A stretch of DNA of 62,950 nt, the filler included, from Octopus bimaculoides (lineage: Eukaryota): NCBI RefSeq assembly GCF_001194135.2. It is 3 parts of 3 records of this genome, joined end to end, with 100 filler letters (N's around TTAATTAATTAA, not from the genome) between each part and the next. Parts side by side here need not be neighbours in the genome. Positions count along the whole stretch, not along the records: positions 28,278 to 48,667 come from NC_068981.1; positions 48,768 to 62,950 come from NC_068982.1; 1 more part is not named here. One strand, written 5' to 3'. Every line of letters begins with the position of its first letter. The first letter of the stretch is position 1. A program made the position numbers and the translations under genes. This document shows, piece after piece, positions 37,425 through 48,933 of the stretch. The notes below the pieces were generated by a model. That model ran no database searches. It was not told where the DNA came from and saw only the letters and a program-made list of their open reading frames with translations.

Positions 37425-37862
37425 ATGTATATAGTATAGTATGCAGTTTTATGTATGTTTAATGTACTAAATGTATATACATCAATTTTTATTACCATAC
37501 AGAACTTGCAATCTTGTATAAAACTTTGTAATATCTATATTCTTTTATCATTCTGAAATCGCTGATGTTAATGTCAGTTTATAAATACAATTCGTTCCGT
37601 CCTATAATGACAACAATTAAGTTGGCAATGATGAAATTTAAATTGACGACAACGTAAATCTCCATGGCAAAGTCTTGTTTCTTGGTGGAGACCGGTTTTT
37701 TTCCTACTGAAAAATAAATCCACCACCACCACCACCACACATACACAGGTGTTATAATGAATTGTGTTGCCCCATTGATTGTGAATTTCTATTAAATATC
37801 TCTGCCTCTCCTATTGTCTATATCTGTATATCTGGTTTTCAGTCACACATACATTATCCTCC

Positions 37863-37963
<101 letters not shown>

Positions 37964-38399
37964 CTTACCATCCTAAAAATGATACGTTGAAATGAAGTGG
38001 TTTTAAGTGCGGGAGAGACGAGACAGTTTGACAACAGGTGTCGTTTCAACAGCATATAAAACACAGTATAAAACAATGCACGCGGTCCTAAAATTTTTAT
38101 TTACTGACAGTGAACCACCCAATACATAGACATCGGTTGTCTATGAAAGGTATCAGATATTCTCATGCTAGTAATAATCCGTCACGCATAGCCGTACTAA
38201 ATTATGTGTGTGTATGACTGTATGAAGTGGGGACACACACTAGAAAAATGTATTTAGTTACAGTCATTTCTCAATGTGTGCGCGCGCGCGTGTGCTCGCG
38301 CGCGTGCGCGTGAGGTGAACTGAGGCCAAATGTTCTTACATATACATAATAAAAGTCTATTCAACAAAACTCCAATCGACATCGATAACTACCAGATAC

Positions 38400-38960
38400 A
38401 ACTTTTGAAATGACTAAATGTGTTGATCAGGCGATCTTTAGTTATGTTAGCAATACATCCCCTAATAGCAGACATCAGTGACCAGTGATATTGTGAGCAT
38501 GAATTTGGTCTCCCTTTCACAACGCCCAAACGTAGTAGACCAGAGGGTTTTAAATAGGAGAGCTAGAAGGCCAAATGTTAGGTGTAACAGGAGAGTGAAA
38601 ATGTTGGGCTATCAACTCCTGGGTCATGCAGGCTGTGTAAGAGGGAGTAGGTTTTTGCTGGATACATCGGCTTCCCCCGAGCAACTCTTTCTATCCAGGA
38701 CTTGGCCACCGTCTCCATTGTCCTAACGAAGGCTGCCGAACTGACCCTAAAATCTTGAAGGGAAATGTGAGACTGCATGACATAGCCTTCATTGCTCACG
38801 ACCGCCAAGATCATCACAGACGATGGGTACTTGGTGTGCGTTGCAGATGGGACTTCAGTGTGGGTGGCGCAGTACCATCTGTCATTCTTCCTGTTCACTT
38901 TTTGATCTTGGATAAAGTTCTTCTCACTTGGAAAGTTACGGGCGAAAAGATACTACAATA
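38400..38960 (-). mobile_element. Tc1/mariner transposase remnant (maT/DD37D-like)
   Basis: NRKNDRW..TKYPSSVMILAVVSNEG..METVAKSWI..GKP, and WPSSSP..NPL.YYVW further on. Confidence 0.8.
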
Positions 38961-40329
38961 ATTATCACAGCTCATACGATTAGCTTTCCTTTTGTAGAGG
39001 TTAACTAACATTCTTGAAAGTATAGCGAGATCTATAGTTCTCGGAATTCCTCAGTCTAGAATAACGACCTAATATATTTTCATAAAAGGAAGAGTCGCCC
39101 TAAAAGGCATTAACGCTACGAGAATATGATTTGATCAATCAGCCCTGATTGACTGATTTATGGTTGAGGCGGTAACTTCAGGAAGCATGTACGTTTTCTC
39201 GCCAAACGGATTCTAGAATCTTCCAGACCGACAGTTATTTGAAGGTGAACTAATTTGACTTCAGGATTTTGGTTTCGGACAATTTACTTTTACTTTTTCA
39301 CGGCGGTAAACTGCATGTTAATCCAAAAACAAAATATGCACGGGACGACTCCCTCGAGGAATAAGATAACTGAATATACTTATAGAATAACAATTTTTTA
39401 GTGGGGACTGGAAAATGCAATGTCTAACAGTAACTAGTAATTTTATCCTAGTGGAAATCTTTGGACAGGGATTTTTTTTTTTTAAGTTAATGTTAACTCT
39501 ATTTGACTTACGAATGTAAGAGATGAGCATGGAACAGTGAGTCATTTTTGAGACGTGTAACTGGGAGTGTGCACGTCGAAACTGCATGAAGAATAGAGAA
39601 GAAATCTTAAAAAAAGAGAAAGACGAAAGAAAGAAAGAAAGAAAGAAAGAAAGAAGGGAAAGAAAGAAAGAAGGGAAAGAAAGAAAGAAGGGAAAGAAGG
39701 AAAGCTGGTGAAATTCTCTCATTTTTTTTTTCACGGATAACTTGTATGTGTATGGGAAATAGTATTCATTGTGCGAATTTTTTTTTTCGTCACAGAACGC
39801 CAAGCTTGACTTGTTTGTTCAGTTCAGNNNNNNNNNNNNNNNNNNNNNNNNNNNNNNTCCCTCCCTCCCCCTCTTTCTCTCTCTCTCGCACACACATATA
39901 TTTACGTTTACGTATGTTTTGCAAGATTCCCGATGGGCAATCACGTGTTGAAACATATGTTATATTTGGAGATTGTCATATTTTTTGCCAATTAATCATA
40001 CGCTCTATATACAAAATATACGTGGTCCATAGACGTAGTATAAGACCGGATAGAGGTGGGAAGCGATGAAATCGAGTAAGCGAAAGAGGTGTTTACTTGG
40101 GACCCGCAGTGAATAAGCGGCAACCAGCGCGCGCGCACCAATCAGGACCATTTCCCTCAAACTAAGAATAATAATAAAGCTGAACTGAAGATCAAGTATA
40201 TAATGTATGTGGTTAACTGGCAAAAGTCTGACCACCCCCAAATGTAACAATCAATCAATTAATATTTATTATTCAAAATTCAACAAAGAAGTATGAATAA
40301 TAGGGGGGAAAAGGGTATAGTCAATCATA

Positions 40330-42315
40330 GGCAGATATTAGTTTATTAAGGCTTTCTACTCATTTCCATCTTCAGCCGCTAGAAGCGTTTCATTGAGCGA
40401 CATCCCGCAGTCTGCACGAATCATACGGTGATAATTTGTTCTTGGTCGTTTCCTCTCGTGCTTTCCATCTTGTAGTGTGTTAAGAATTCATTGAGTGGGT
40501 GTCGCAGTTGGTGACCAATCCCTCTCAGCCGGCGCTCCTTTATCCTTGCGCTCATTTGCTAATCGTCACCTATTTGGTACAATGTATCATTGGAAACGTG
40601 GTCGTTATAGGATATTTGATAAATTTTCCTCGGGTTTCTTGTGTGAAAAGTGTTCAACATGGCCCTTTGCCGATTCGTATTTATTACCCATGTCTCGCAT
40701 CCATATGTAAAAATCGGAAGATTAGAGTTTTGTACATCTTTATCTTCGTTGTTGAGTTGATGTCAGACGATCACTGGTGTTCAAGCTGCGACATTGTTCC
40801 ACATGTCGCTCTCTTTCTATCTATGATGCCACTGCTTGAGTTGTGAGAGAGAGAGAGATCAGTTACAGTTGATCCAAGGTAAGTAAATTAATCAGCCCTA
40901 GATGGCTGCTTTCCATTCGCTAAGGACGCCTGTTGTTTCATCTGTGTTTATATTAATGGTGAGGTAGTTTGTCTTCAATTCGTTTATTTCTAGGCCCACA
41001 GTCTTTGCTTCTGGCATGACACAATCCAAGTAGTCCTGTACTTCTATGAGGATCAGAGCAAAGAGAACAATTTCATCTGCAAATGTGAGATAGGCCAACT
41101 TATGTGACTCTGATATGCGAGTTCCATCCTCCGTATGGGCTGCAATTTTCATCATGTGATCCATAACCACCAAAAGCAGATAAGGTTACAGAATTCCACT
41201 CTGAGGTGTGAAGCCGGGGGAGTTTCACATTTTCCCATTAACAAGGACATATGCTGTTTGATGTTCATAAAGACATTTAACTGCCGATACTGCCTTTAAT
41301 GGTATCCCTGTCCTTTCAAAAATCATAAACATAGCGGTTCTGTTGACGCTGTCAAATGCTTTTCGAAAGTCTATGAACAGCGCAACTATTGAGAGACACC
41401 ACTCAAAGCAGCTCTCCAGTACCCACTTCAACGTGTGAATTTGTTCAATGCAACTACGGTTCTTTCTAAAGCCACTCAGGTAGACACTTTATCTATTTTT
41501 GCACGTTTGCGATTTAACAGAAGCCTATAAAGAGCTTTGCGCCTTAATTCATAAGACTTATTCCCCGATAGTTGGACAGTTGTCATAGATCATCTTTCTT
41601 TGGTAGTGATACTATGATTGATGACTTCCACTCATTCGGCAGCACACTTGTCAAGAGAACCTTGTTGCATATGCTAATGAATGCTACTTGGAACGCTTCT
41701 CCTCCATATTTGAGCGATTCGTTTGCTAGACAGAGGTTTGTACTTGCTGCTCTGTGATTTGATACCTCCTTGAGTGCGACAGGCAGATCAGACATCTCTA
41801 AATTTTCGATGGACACTTCGTGTGCATTGTGGCACCCGAAGTTGCAGTATGATAACTCTTCGGCATGCGTTCTCTTACATGGTACCAACTTTACCAAGTA
41901 TTTGTTCACAAATTTGCTGAATACCTTGCTGTCGGTTTCCTTTCTTCAGCATCGTCACCGCTCTGCAAGCCTCTTTGTGTAGGCGGGTCATGTTAAATGA
42001 TTCAATTTTCTTGCAGATGCTTTCTATGTATCATTTTCTGTCTTACTTGTCAGATTCTTTAACTAAATGATCAGCATTGATGACGTTTCTATGAGAGTCA
42101 TTCTGTTTAAGGTATTTCATCTTCAGGTTATTGGGATTGTCAATCGGTTTCAATGTGGCTTCTGAAACCCATAGTGAGTTTTTACTGTTAGGATTGCATT
42201 TGTCACGTATTTCCCTTGCGGCTTTTGTGATAGCTGATGTTAAAATACTGTTCATTTCATCATTGCTTATGTCATTTTTGCTACGGAGATTCTCAGTGAG
42301 AGCAGCATTTAGTTT
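40330..42315 (-). mobile_element. RTE-clade LINE (RT and C-terminus), heavily decayed
   Basis: EWKSSIIVSLPKK, LFIDFRKAFDSVNR, LAYLTFADEIVL, LPIFTYGCETW and IKERRLRGIGH. Confidence 0.88.
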
Positions 42316-42600
42316 GTACAGTTCTATATTTAAGAGATGAGGAATTATTTACATTATTTACATTCGACGGATATTTGTCTTCATCTTGCTTGTTGTTAAC
42401 ACAACGTTTCGGCTGCTATACCCTCCAGCCTTCTTCAGGTGTCTTGGCGAAACTTCGAACCTGGGTTCTCATTCCTAAGGTATTTTTCGATGTTATTATT
42501 ATTATTGTTGTTGTTGTTCAGGTCACTGCTTGGAATCGAACTCGGAATCTTGGGGTTAGTAGCCACACTCTTAACCATATGCCCGTGGGCAATTACGGAG
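42315..42600 (-). mobile_element. Penelope-like 3' terminal module with tRNA-like segment and hammerhead
   Basis: tRNA-like arms at 42520-42590, (AAC/AAT)n spacer, then the CTGAAGA...CGAAACGTT motif typical of PLE termini; abuts the GIY-YIG fragment. Confidence 0.7.
42398..42443 (-). ncRNA. Minimal type I hammerhead ribozyme motif
   Basis: GACAC-CUGAAGA-A-GGCUG-(10 nt)-CAGCC-GAAA-CG-UU/GUGUU. Stem I 5 bp, stem II 5 bp, helix III replaced by the palindrome ACGU. Confidence 0.75.
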
Positions 42601-42604
42601 TAAA

Positions 42605-42871
42605 TTTTAGGGCTTATAAATCTAATATTTTTCTATCCTAAATAATTATTTCACCTGTGCCTCGGAAAATCTAATCTATGCTATTACATGCTTAGGGTGT
42701 GGTAATAATTATATTGGCCAAACAGGAATATCACTCCGTCAAAGAACCACTCTCCACAAAGAGCAAATCCGCCACTCACGATGCAGACAGATACAGGTCA
42801 GTGAACACATAGAAAGGTGTGCGAGGAATCTTAATCCTAATTTCCTAATTTTTCCCTTCTATCAATGTTCA
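42605..42871 (+). mobile_element. Penelope-like GIY-YIG endonuclease fragment
   Basis: Frame from 42632: ILNNYFTCASENLIYAITCLGCGNNYIGQTGISLRQRTTLHKEQIRH..VSEHIERC..FPFYQC. It has the LIY/YIG dyad, a CxxC and the catalytic Arg, and is absent from the ORF track. Confidence 0.9.
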
Positions 42872-43109
42872 CATACGAGCACCAACAATTTGACCTCTTT
42901 AGAAGTCCAATAGATCTGTCATTTTAATGAATTTTAATTACCTTTTTCTTATGATATCTGAAAAGAAACAGCAATTTTAGCAAAACATATTAAGAAACAC
43001 TAATAATAAATAAAAAAACAAAAATAAACAAGCTTTTGACGGTTTTATAGATATTTCAAAATTATGATGCTATGATGCTAGGTGTTGCCATTATTTTGTT
43101 CAACCCCTG
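42872..43109 (-). mobile_element. Tc1-like transposon 5' end (left TIR and transposase start)
   Basis: TA|CAGGGGTTGAACAAAATAATGGCAACACC; MTDLLDF*RGQIVGARM from 42922. TIR resembles that of the 1030-1615 element. Confidence 0.88.
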
Positions 43110-43139
43110 TATATATGTATATATATACAAGTGGGTCCG

Positions 43140-43740
43140 TGAATGTCGTATCCTGCCTTCCGAAAATCATAATATGCAGAATATTAATGTCATTGTCTTT
43201 CAACACGTACTTGCTCCATCCAGATGATAGAAGTCAGTTCACATTGTAGTGGACGTTATCGATACTGACGAGTATCCCACGAAGTTTCTCAGTTCTCATC
43301 AGCCCATAGGTGTCCATCTTTGCATTCTTCTTCTCAAAGTAGGAGCACCCATTACGTTGCTAAGAAATATGGATGTACCAAAACTCTCTAACGAGAGAGC
43401 TGTAAAATTCTTATACTCTACGTGATCACAGCCACCATTTTGGTCGATTTTTCTAGGCAAGATGTTTTCATTCCACGCAATCTCCTCGTTCTATCAGATA
43501 TTCTATTTCTATTCAAGCGCAATCAGTTTCCAGAGACACTGCCTTTTTTCTATGACCTTTAACAAGTCATAACGACAATGCCTATTTTATTTCAATGACG
43601 AGTGTACGTCTCTCTCCTGACCTGCTCTCGTTTCCTGTTCATATATTGAACGAAGCTAACATCTTTGCAGTAGAAAATCAAACAATAGCACAAGAAATGT
43701 TGTCAACGTCAAAATACCTGCGGCATAAAATACATTTCTG
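43140..43740 (+). pseudogene. Helitron PIF1-like helicase C-terminal relic
   Basis: From 43273: YPTKFLSSHQP.G....LLLKVGAPITLLRNMDVPKLSN, then DVFIPR.LLV.SDI.FLFKRNQFP and FSMTFNKS*, with frameshifts. Confidence 0.85.
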
Positions 43741-44299
43741 CAAGAATTTTTCGTTTTATGTGTTGTTTATCAATCAATAAAGAATTACAAGTGTGTGTGT
43801 GTGTGTGTATTTCACGACAAGAAACGCAAATGAGGACATATATATGTATATATATGTATATATATGTATATNNNNNNNNNNNNNNNNNNNNNNNNNNNNN
43901 NNNNNNNNNNNNNNNNNNNNNNNNNNNNNNNNNNNNNNNNNNNNNNNNNNNNNNNNNNNNNNNNNNNNNNNNNNNNNNNNNNNNNNNNNNNNNNNNNNNN
44001 NNNNNNNNNNNNNNNNNNNNNNNNNNNNNNNNNNNNNNNNNNNNNNNNNNNNNNNNNNNNNNNNNNNNNNNNNNNNNNNNNNNNNNNNNNNNNNNNNNNN
44101 NNNNNNNNNNNNNNNNNNNNNNNNNNNNNNNNNNNNNNNNNNNNNNNNNNCGCGGGTGTTACGTTAAAAAAACCCCACGATAGACGAAAATCGGCAAAGT
44201 AGAAACAGTACTGTACTGTATATTAAATAATAAACTGCGATAGGTGAACCGCAATATGGCGAGGGATTACAGTATGTATAAATGTATGTGTATATGTAT

Positions 44300-45995
44300 G
44301 TCATTGTTCAGTTTTATTTTAAGATTTTTTGCAAATAGAGAAAGAACCGGTTTCTAACCTAGATCCAAGGCTCCTTCATTGGAATTTCAGTATCAACAAC
44401 AGGGTATTTTTATATGTATATATGTATGTATGTATATGCGCAGATTTGTATGTTTTGCTTTATGTATATATTCTCATGCATATAGTTGCAAATCTAGACA
44501 TGCTCATACATATTTAAATGCTAAACTTCTGGAAAGTTTTACAGATCTTTGCAGTTCCAGTGACGGATTGGTTCTGTAGGTTTCGAATTAGCTTTCTCCT
44601 TTCTGATTTTGAGAAGTCTAATTTCTCAAGATTGGTATTTAGGCAGTATGTTACAAATACCAGGGCCCTAATAATTTCAGGTATAAACCTGAACTTATAA
44701 TCTGTATTGAGTAACTGCAGGTTTCTCAATAGTTCAGTGTAGGTATTCTCTTTTTCACTGATCTTCAACCTTATATTAACATCCACTGGGCAGCTGATTT
44801 CCACAAATGTACAGTTTCTCTTCTCTGTCTCAAATCAGTATATCAAGTCTGTTGTGCTTATATCCTTATTGATGTCTTCACTAGGACATTCCACCAGTAC
44901 TCCTTTTTTATTATGAGTGGCTATGGCTTCCACCATACTGTGGGTTTTTATTTTTTTGTCCCCGGGTTATTCTCCCAATGGATTTCATTAGTGTCCTAGC
45001 TACAGTGTCATGTCTCAACGGTAGATAATACCGTGATGACATTTTCAAGCAAACTGCTTATGATGTGGATGATATCTTCGGTGTTAACTCCACAAAGTCT
45101 GCATCAGTTGTCACATTTTACTGCTTTTCCTGCATCTCTATCCCTTTTGTGCATCAGGTACTTGGTTGATATTTCCTGTTCCTGGGAGGTAGTAGTCCGG
45201 TTATTGGTCCATGATAGACTGCTTTCATGATCAATGTTACTATCATCTCGGAGTTTTCTACTAACTGATCCATGCATAGTCTTCTGCTCATATAGGCTTA
45301 TCCTTTCATCTGATGATACGTTGCCGCAGAGTCATGCGATTTCTTTGGGCGTGTATTCTAGGTTATCAGACAAAGGATGTTGCTCAAGGAGTTGCCTCCT
45401 TAGTCTTAAGGTATTATCAGCCTTATGCATGCAGACTTGGTCAAGGAGTGGACTTCTACGCTTGGTGGTTAAAAGATCTTGCCGAAGGGATATGATACGA
45501 CATTCGAAGGCTTTTGGATCGATGTTAAGCCTCTGCCACCTTATTGTTTTAGGTAGAGGTGGTCTACGTCATTGTTTATACGGAAATTATGTATGCTTGT
45601 TAGTATTTTTCGGGTTTTCACATCAGTGGCTCGGATCTTATCAAGCATCCAATCAAGCAGCCCAAATGTTGGTATGAGTACTGGCACTGCAAACACATTG
45701 TGGGCCACTTTTATTACAAGCAGAGAGTTCTGAGGTCCAAATTTTCTTTATTCGGCAGTAATATTCTTTAGTGACACGTGTTTTGTTATGAGTACCATTG
45801 TAAGATATGTTTTCATCCATCCCTAGATACCTGTAACATTCCTCGTCAGATATAGAGGAAAAAGTCAAATCATTGATGGAGATGTTGCTAGTCTGGTTTA
45901 TAGTTTTCCCCTTTTACACAACCATATAATAACATTTTTCCTGACCAAATTCCAATCCTTTGACAATGTTGTAACTAGGTCAAGGCTCTTTTTCA
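44300..45995 (-). mobile_element. 5'-truncated RLE-type non-LTR retrotransposon (R4/Dong-like)
   Basis: YRYLG..KEYY.RIKKIWTSELS..NK; CRLC...H...RHD zinc knuckle; HNR.DI...D...CTFVEISCPVD restriction-like endonuclease motif; 3' UTR to ~44300. Confidence 0.82.
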
Positions 45996-46049
45996 TTTCA
46001 TGTAAGTGTGTATGTATGTATGTATGTATGTATGTATGTATGTATGTAT

Positions 46050-46957
46050 GTACCTTGGAACCACACTGTCAAGGGATGGTGGTCTTGATGCAGAAATATA
46101 CCATCGAATAGCGAAGGGAAGTGCTGCATTTGGAAAGCTTGAAAAGCGAATATGGGCTGATAGAGATATTTCCCTGCAGACAAAAATCAGCATCTACAAA
46201 GCGTGTGTATTGACTGCACTTCTTTATTCGGGCGAAACATGGACCACCTACAAGCGTCATGTAAAGATGCTAGAAAGGTTTCATCAAAAGTGCCTAAGAC
46301 GCATCCTAGGAGTAAAATGGAAGAGTTTCGTAGCAGATACAGAGGTTTTGCGCAGGGCGCACTGTAGCTCAATTGAAANNNNNNNNNNNNNNNNNNNNNN
46401 NNNNNNNNNNNNNNNNNNNNNNNNNNNNNNNNNNNNNNNNNNNNNNNNNNNNNNNNNNNNNNNNNNNNNNNNNNNNNNNNNNNNNNNNNNNNNNNNNNNN
46501 NNNNNNNNNNNNNNNNNNNNNNNNNNNNNNNNNNNNNNNNNNNNNNNNNNNNNNNNNNNNNNNNNNNNNNNNNNNNNNNNNNNNNNNNNNNNGTTCTTCT
46601 GTCAAATGCAGGATATGTGAATCACATGAGGGTAGAAATTCCAGACACCCTAAATACCAACCGCCTTCTGCGACCTGTGGCATATGTCACAAGGTTTGTA
46701 AAACAATACCCGGACTTAAGAGACATATGCTGGTTCACAGAGGCGTTTCCTTAGAATCAGATACCAGCGAGCAAGGATCAAGAGGCTTGAACATTTGTCA
46801 TCTGTGCTGTAGACCTTGTCGCTCAGCAGCCGGACTTCAAAGTCACTTGAGGGCTCACCAACGAAGTGATTGTACTGCGTGATGATATGTGTGGATTGTT
46901 GATGGGATGGCTATCGTCTGTCAAGATGGAACGGTCGTCGTATGTATGTATGTATGT
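46050..46957 (+). mobile_element. 5'-truncated BovB-like RTE LINE whose ORF ends in two C2H2 zinc fingers
   Basis: YLGTTLSRDG..RIAKGSAAFGKL..LLYSGETWT..FHQKCLRRIL, an N gap, then CGICHKVCKTIPGLKRHMLVH and CHLCCRPCRSAAGLQSHLRAH. (TATG)n on both sides. Confidence 0.88.
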
Positions 46958-48874
46958 GAAAATGTAACACTGTTCCCGGTGGAGTCTAGAGTTGGTAAAT
47001 CCATTGTGTAGTGAAAGGCCGAAGATGGTGATATTTGAGGTGGAGTGATTGGAAAACAAAACGAAAAGTAAAAACTTTCGTAAGTGACACACTCAACTAG
47101 ACACGCACAAGCATACGCGCGCGCGCACATTCACGCACGCACATTCACGCACGCACATTCACGCACGCACATCACACACACACACACATACACAGAGAGA
47201 GTAAAATTTCAGTTCCTTAAAAATGATGTAAATTAATAACGATAAATAAGTAATCTTTATTATATACGAATAGGCTACCCACTTCGTATAGCTATCCACT
47301 CCTTAATACAGGCTTGAGTGTAAATACTAGCAACACGCGCGCACAAGCTTTCTCTTCTCTTTCTCTCTCTCTTCTCTGTCTCTCCCTCCTCCACTCTCTC
47401 TAGTATAAAAAATGACAAGGCTGGTTTAGTTATTCTCAGCTTAAAAACCTCGTCTATATGCTGATAACAAAGTATAGTTTACGTGGTGCCTTTCTGCTTA
47501 TTTGTTCATATTTTCAATCAAAAATCTTTTTAAGACTTCAACAGACAACTGGTTTGATTCTATTTCTTAATGAAAACAAAAATTCAAAGAAAAATCACCT
47601 CGAGACTACATAACAGACAACCAACCAACGTTACGAATCAACTAAGAAGACCTACTAAGAAATAGTAGCCAAATTTCATTCGTAATTAACTCTGTCTTGG
47701 AAAGGAAAAAATGGGAGTTATTGGATAATGTAAAACTAGATTTATAACTAAGTTTGAAGAAGATAAGTAAAAAAAAAAAATAAGAAAGGATGATTACGAC
47801 GAGAACATTTTTTAAAAGATTTGTTCTCTCAAAGCTGACTTGTTAAACAAATACCACAGCAACCTGTTCAAGAACGTCGAATATAACTTTTCACGGCCTG
47901 AACATCACCAAGTCAATGTTGACTTACATATATCAGGAAAAGGTATAAAAACTCGGCAACGCCAAAAAATCTTTTACAAAGATCAAGGTAATTAAATATT
48001 ATAGTTCAATCTCCCTCCCTCTCTCTCTCTCTCTCTACAGTGTCTTGAACAAGTGCTTTCTTCATCTAATCGTTTCACGTATCTTTAATGCTATCTATTT
48101 ACCATTTCTTTCTGGTCGCAGCAACGTGAGCTATGACCAGCTTGTCGGATTTGTGTTTGTAATTCATCGCTTTGGTATGTTGTTATTTCAATTTTTTTAA
48201 AGGGTGAAAATGTAATTATTAACAAAGGCGAACAAAATATATTTGCGCATATATTAATGTATCTGGTCATCATTTTCACCGAAGAAATAAAATTAAAGTG
48301 TTTTCTCTACAAATGTTTCACGCATGCATTGAATTATAAAATAGCAGACACAAAAAGTATCTAAACAGAAAACCTGACATGCTAGAAACGCGTTTTCAAA
48401 ATTTTAATACGAGTTATCAAAGAAGAAAAAAATTTCAAAATTGAAACCCTCTCCAACCGGAAATCTGACAAGCTAGAAACAACAGCCAAACCGAGGATCA
48501 ACTTTCTAAATACGAATTACCAAAAGAGGAAAAAAAAATTTAATTAGATTTCTTGCACACATACACACACACACACACACACACAACAACAACAACAACA
48601 ACAACAAAATGACATTAAAAATTTTTTTTTCCTCTTTTGGTAATTCGTATTTAGAAAGTTGATCCTCNNNNNNNNNNNNNNNNNNNNNNNNNNNNNNNNN
48701 NNNNNNNNNNNTTAATTAATTAANNNNNNNNNNNNNNNNNNNNNNNNNNNNNNNNNNNNNNNNNNNNTATATATATATAAATATATATATATATTAATAT
48801 ATATGAATGCGCGCGTGTGTGTGTGTGCTCAGAGAAAGAAAGAGAGTAAGAACGAGATAAATAGATAGACAGAC

Positions 48875-48933
<59 letters not shown>

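Noticed and set aside
39020-39060. Minus-strand CTGAGGA..GAGAACTATAGATC
   Set aside because: No stem II and a non-canonical GAAA.
42520-42590. Functional tRNA-Ser(ACT) gene
   Set aside because: The acceptor stem does not pair and it is embedded in a repeat; treated as tRNA-derived only.
47119-47172. Tandem 14-bp repeats (cacattcacgcacg) as a CRISPR-like array
   Set aside because: No spacers, eukaryotic context, and derived from a CA/CG microsatellite.
48493-48667. Exact ~48-bp inverted duplication (48493-48540 vs 48618-48667)
   Set aside because: Ends precisely at an N gap; likely a chimeric-read or gap-closing artefact.
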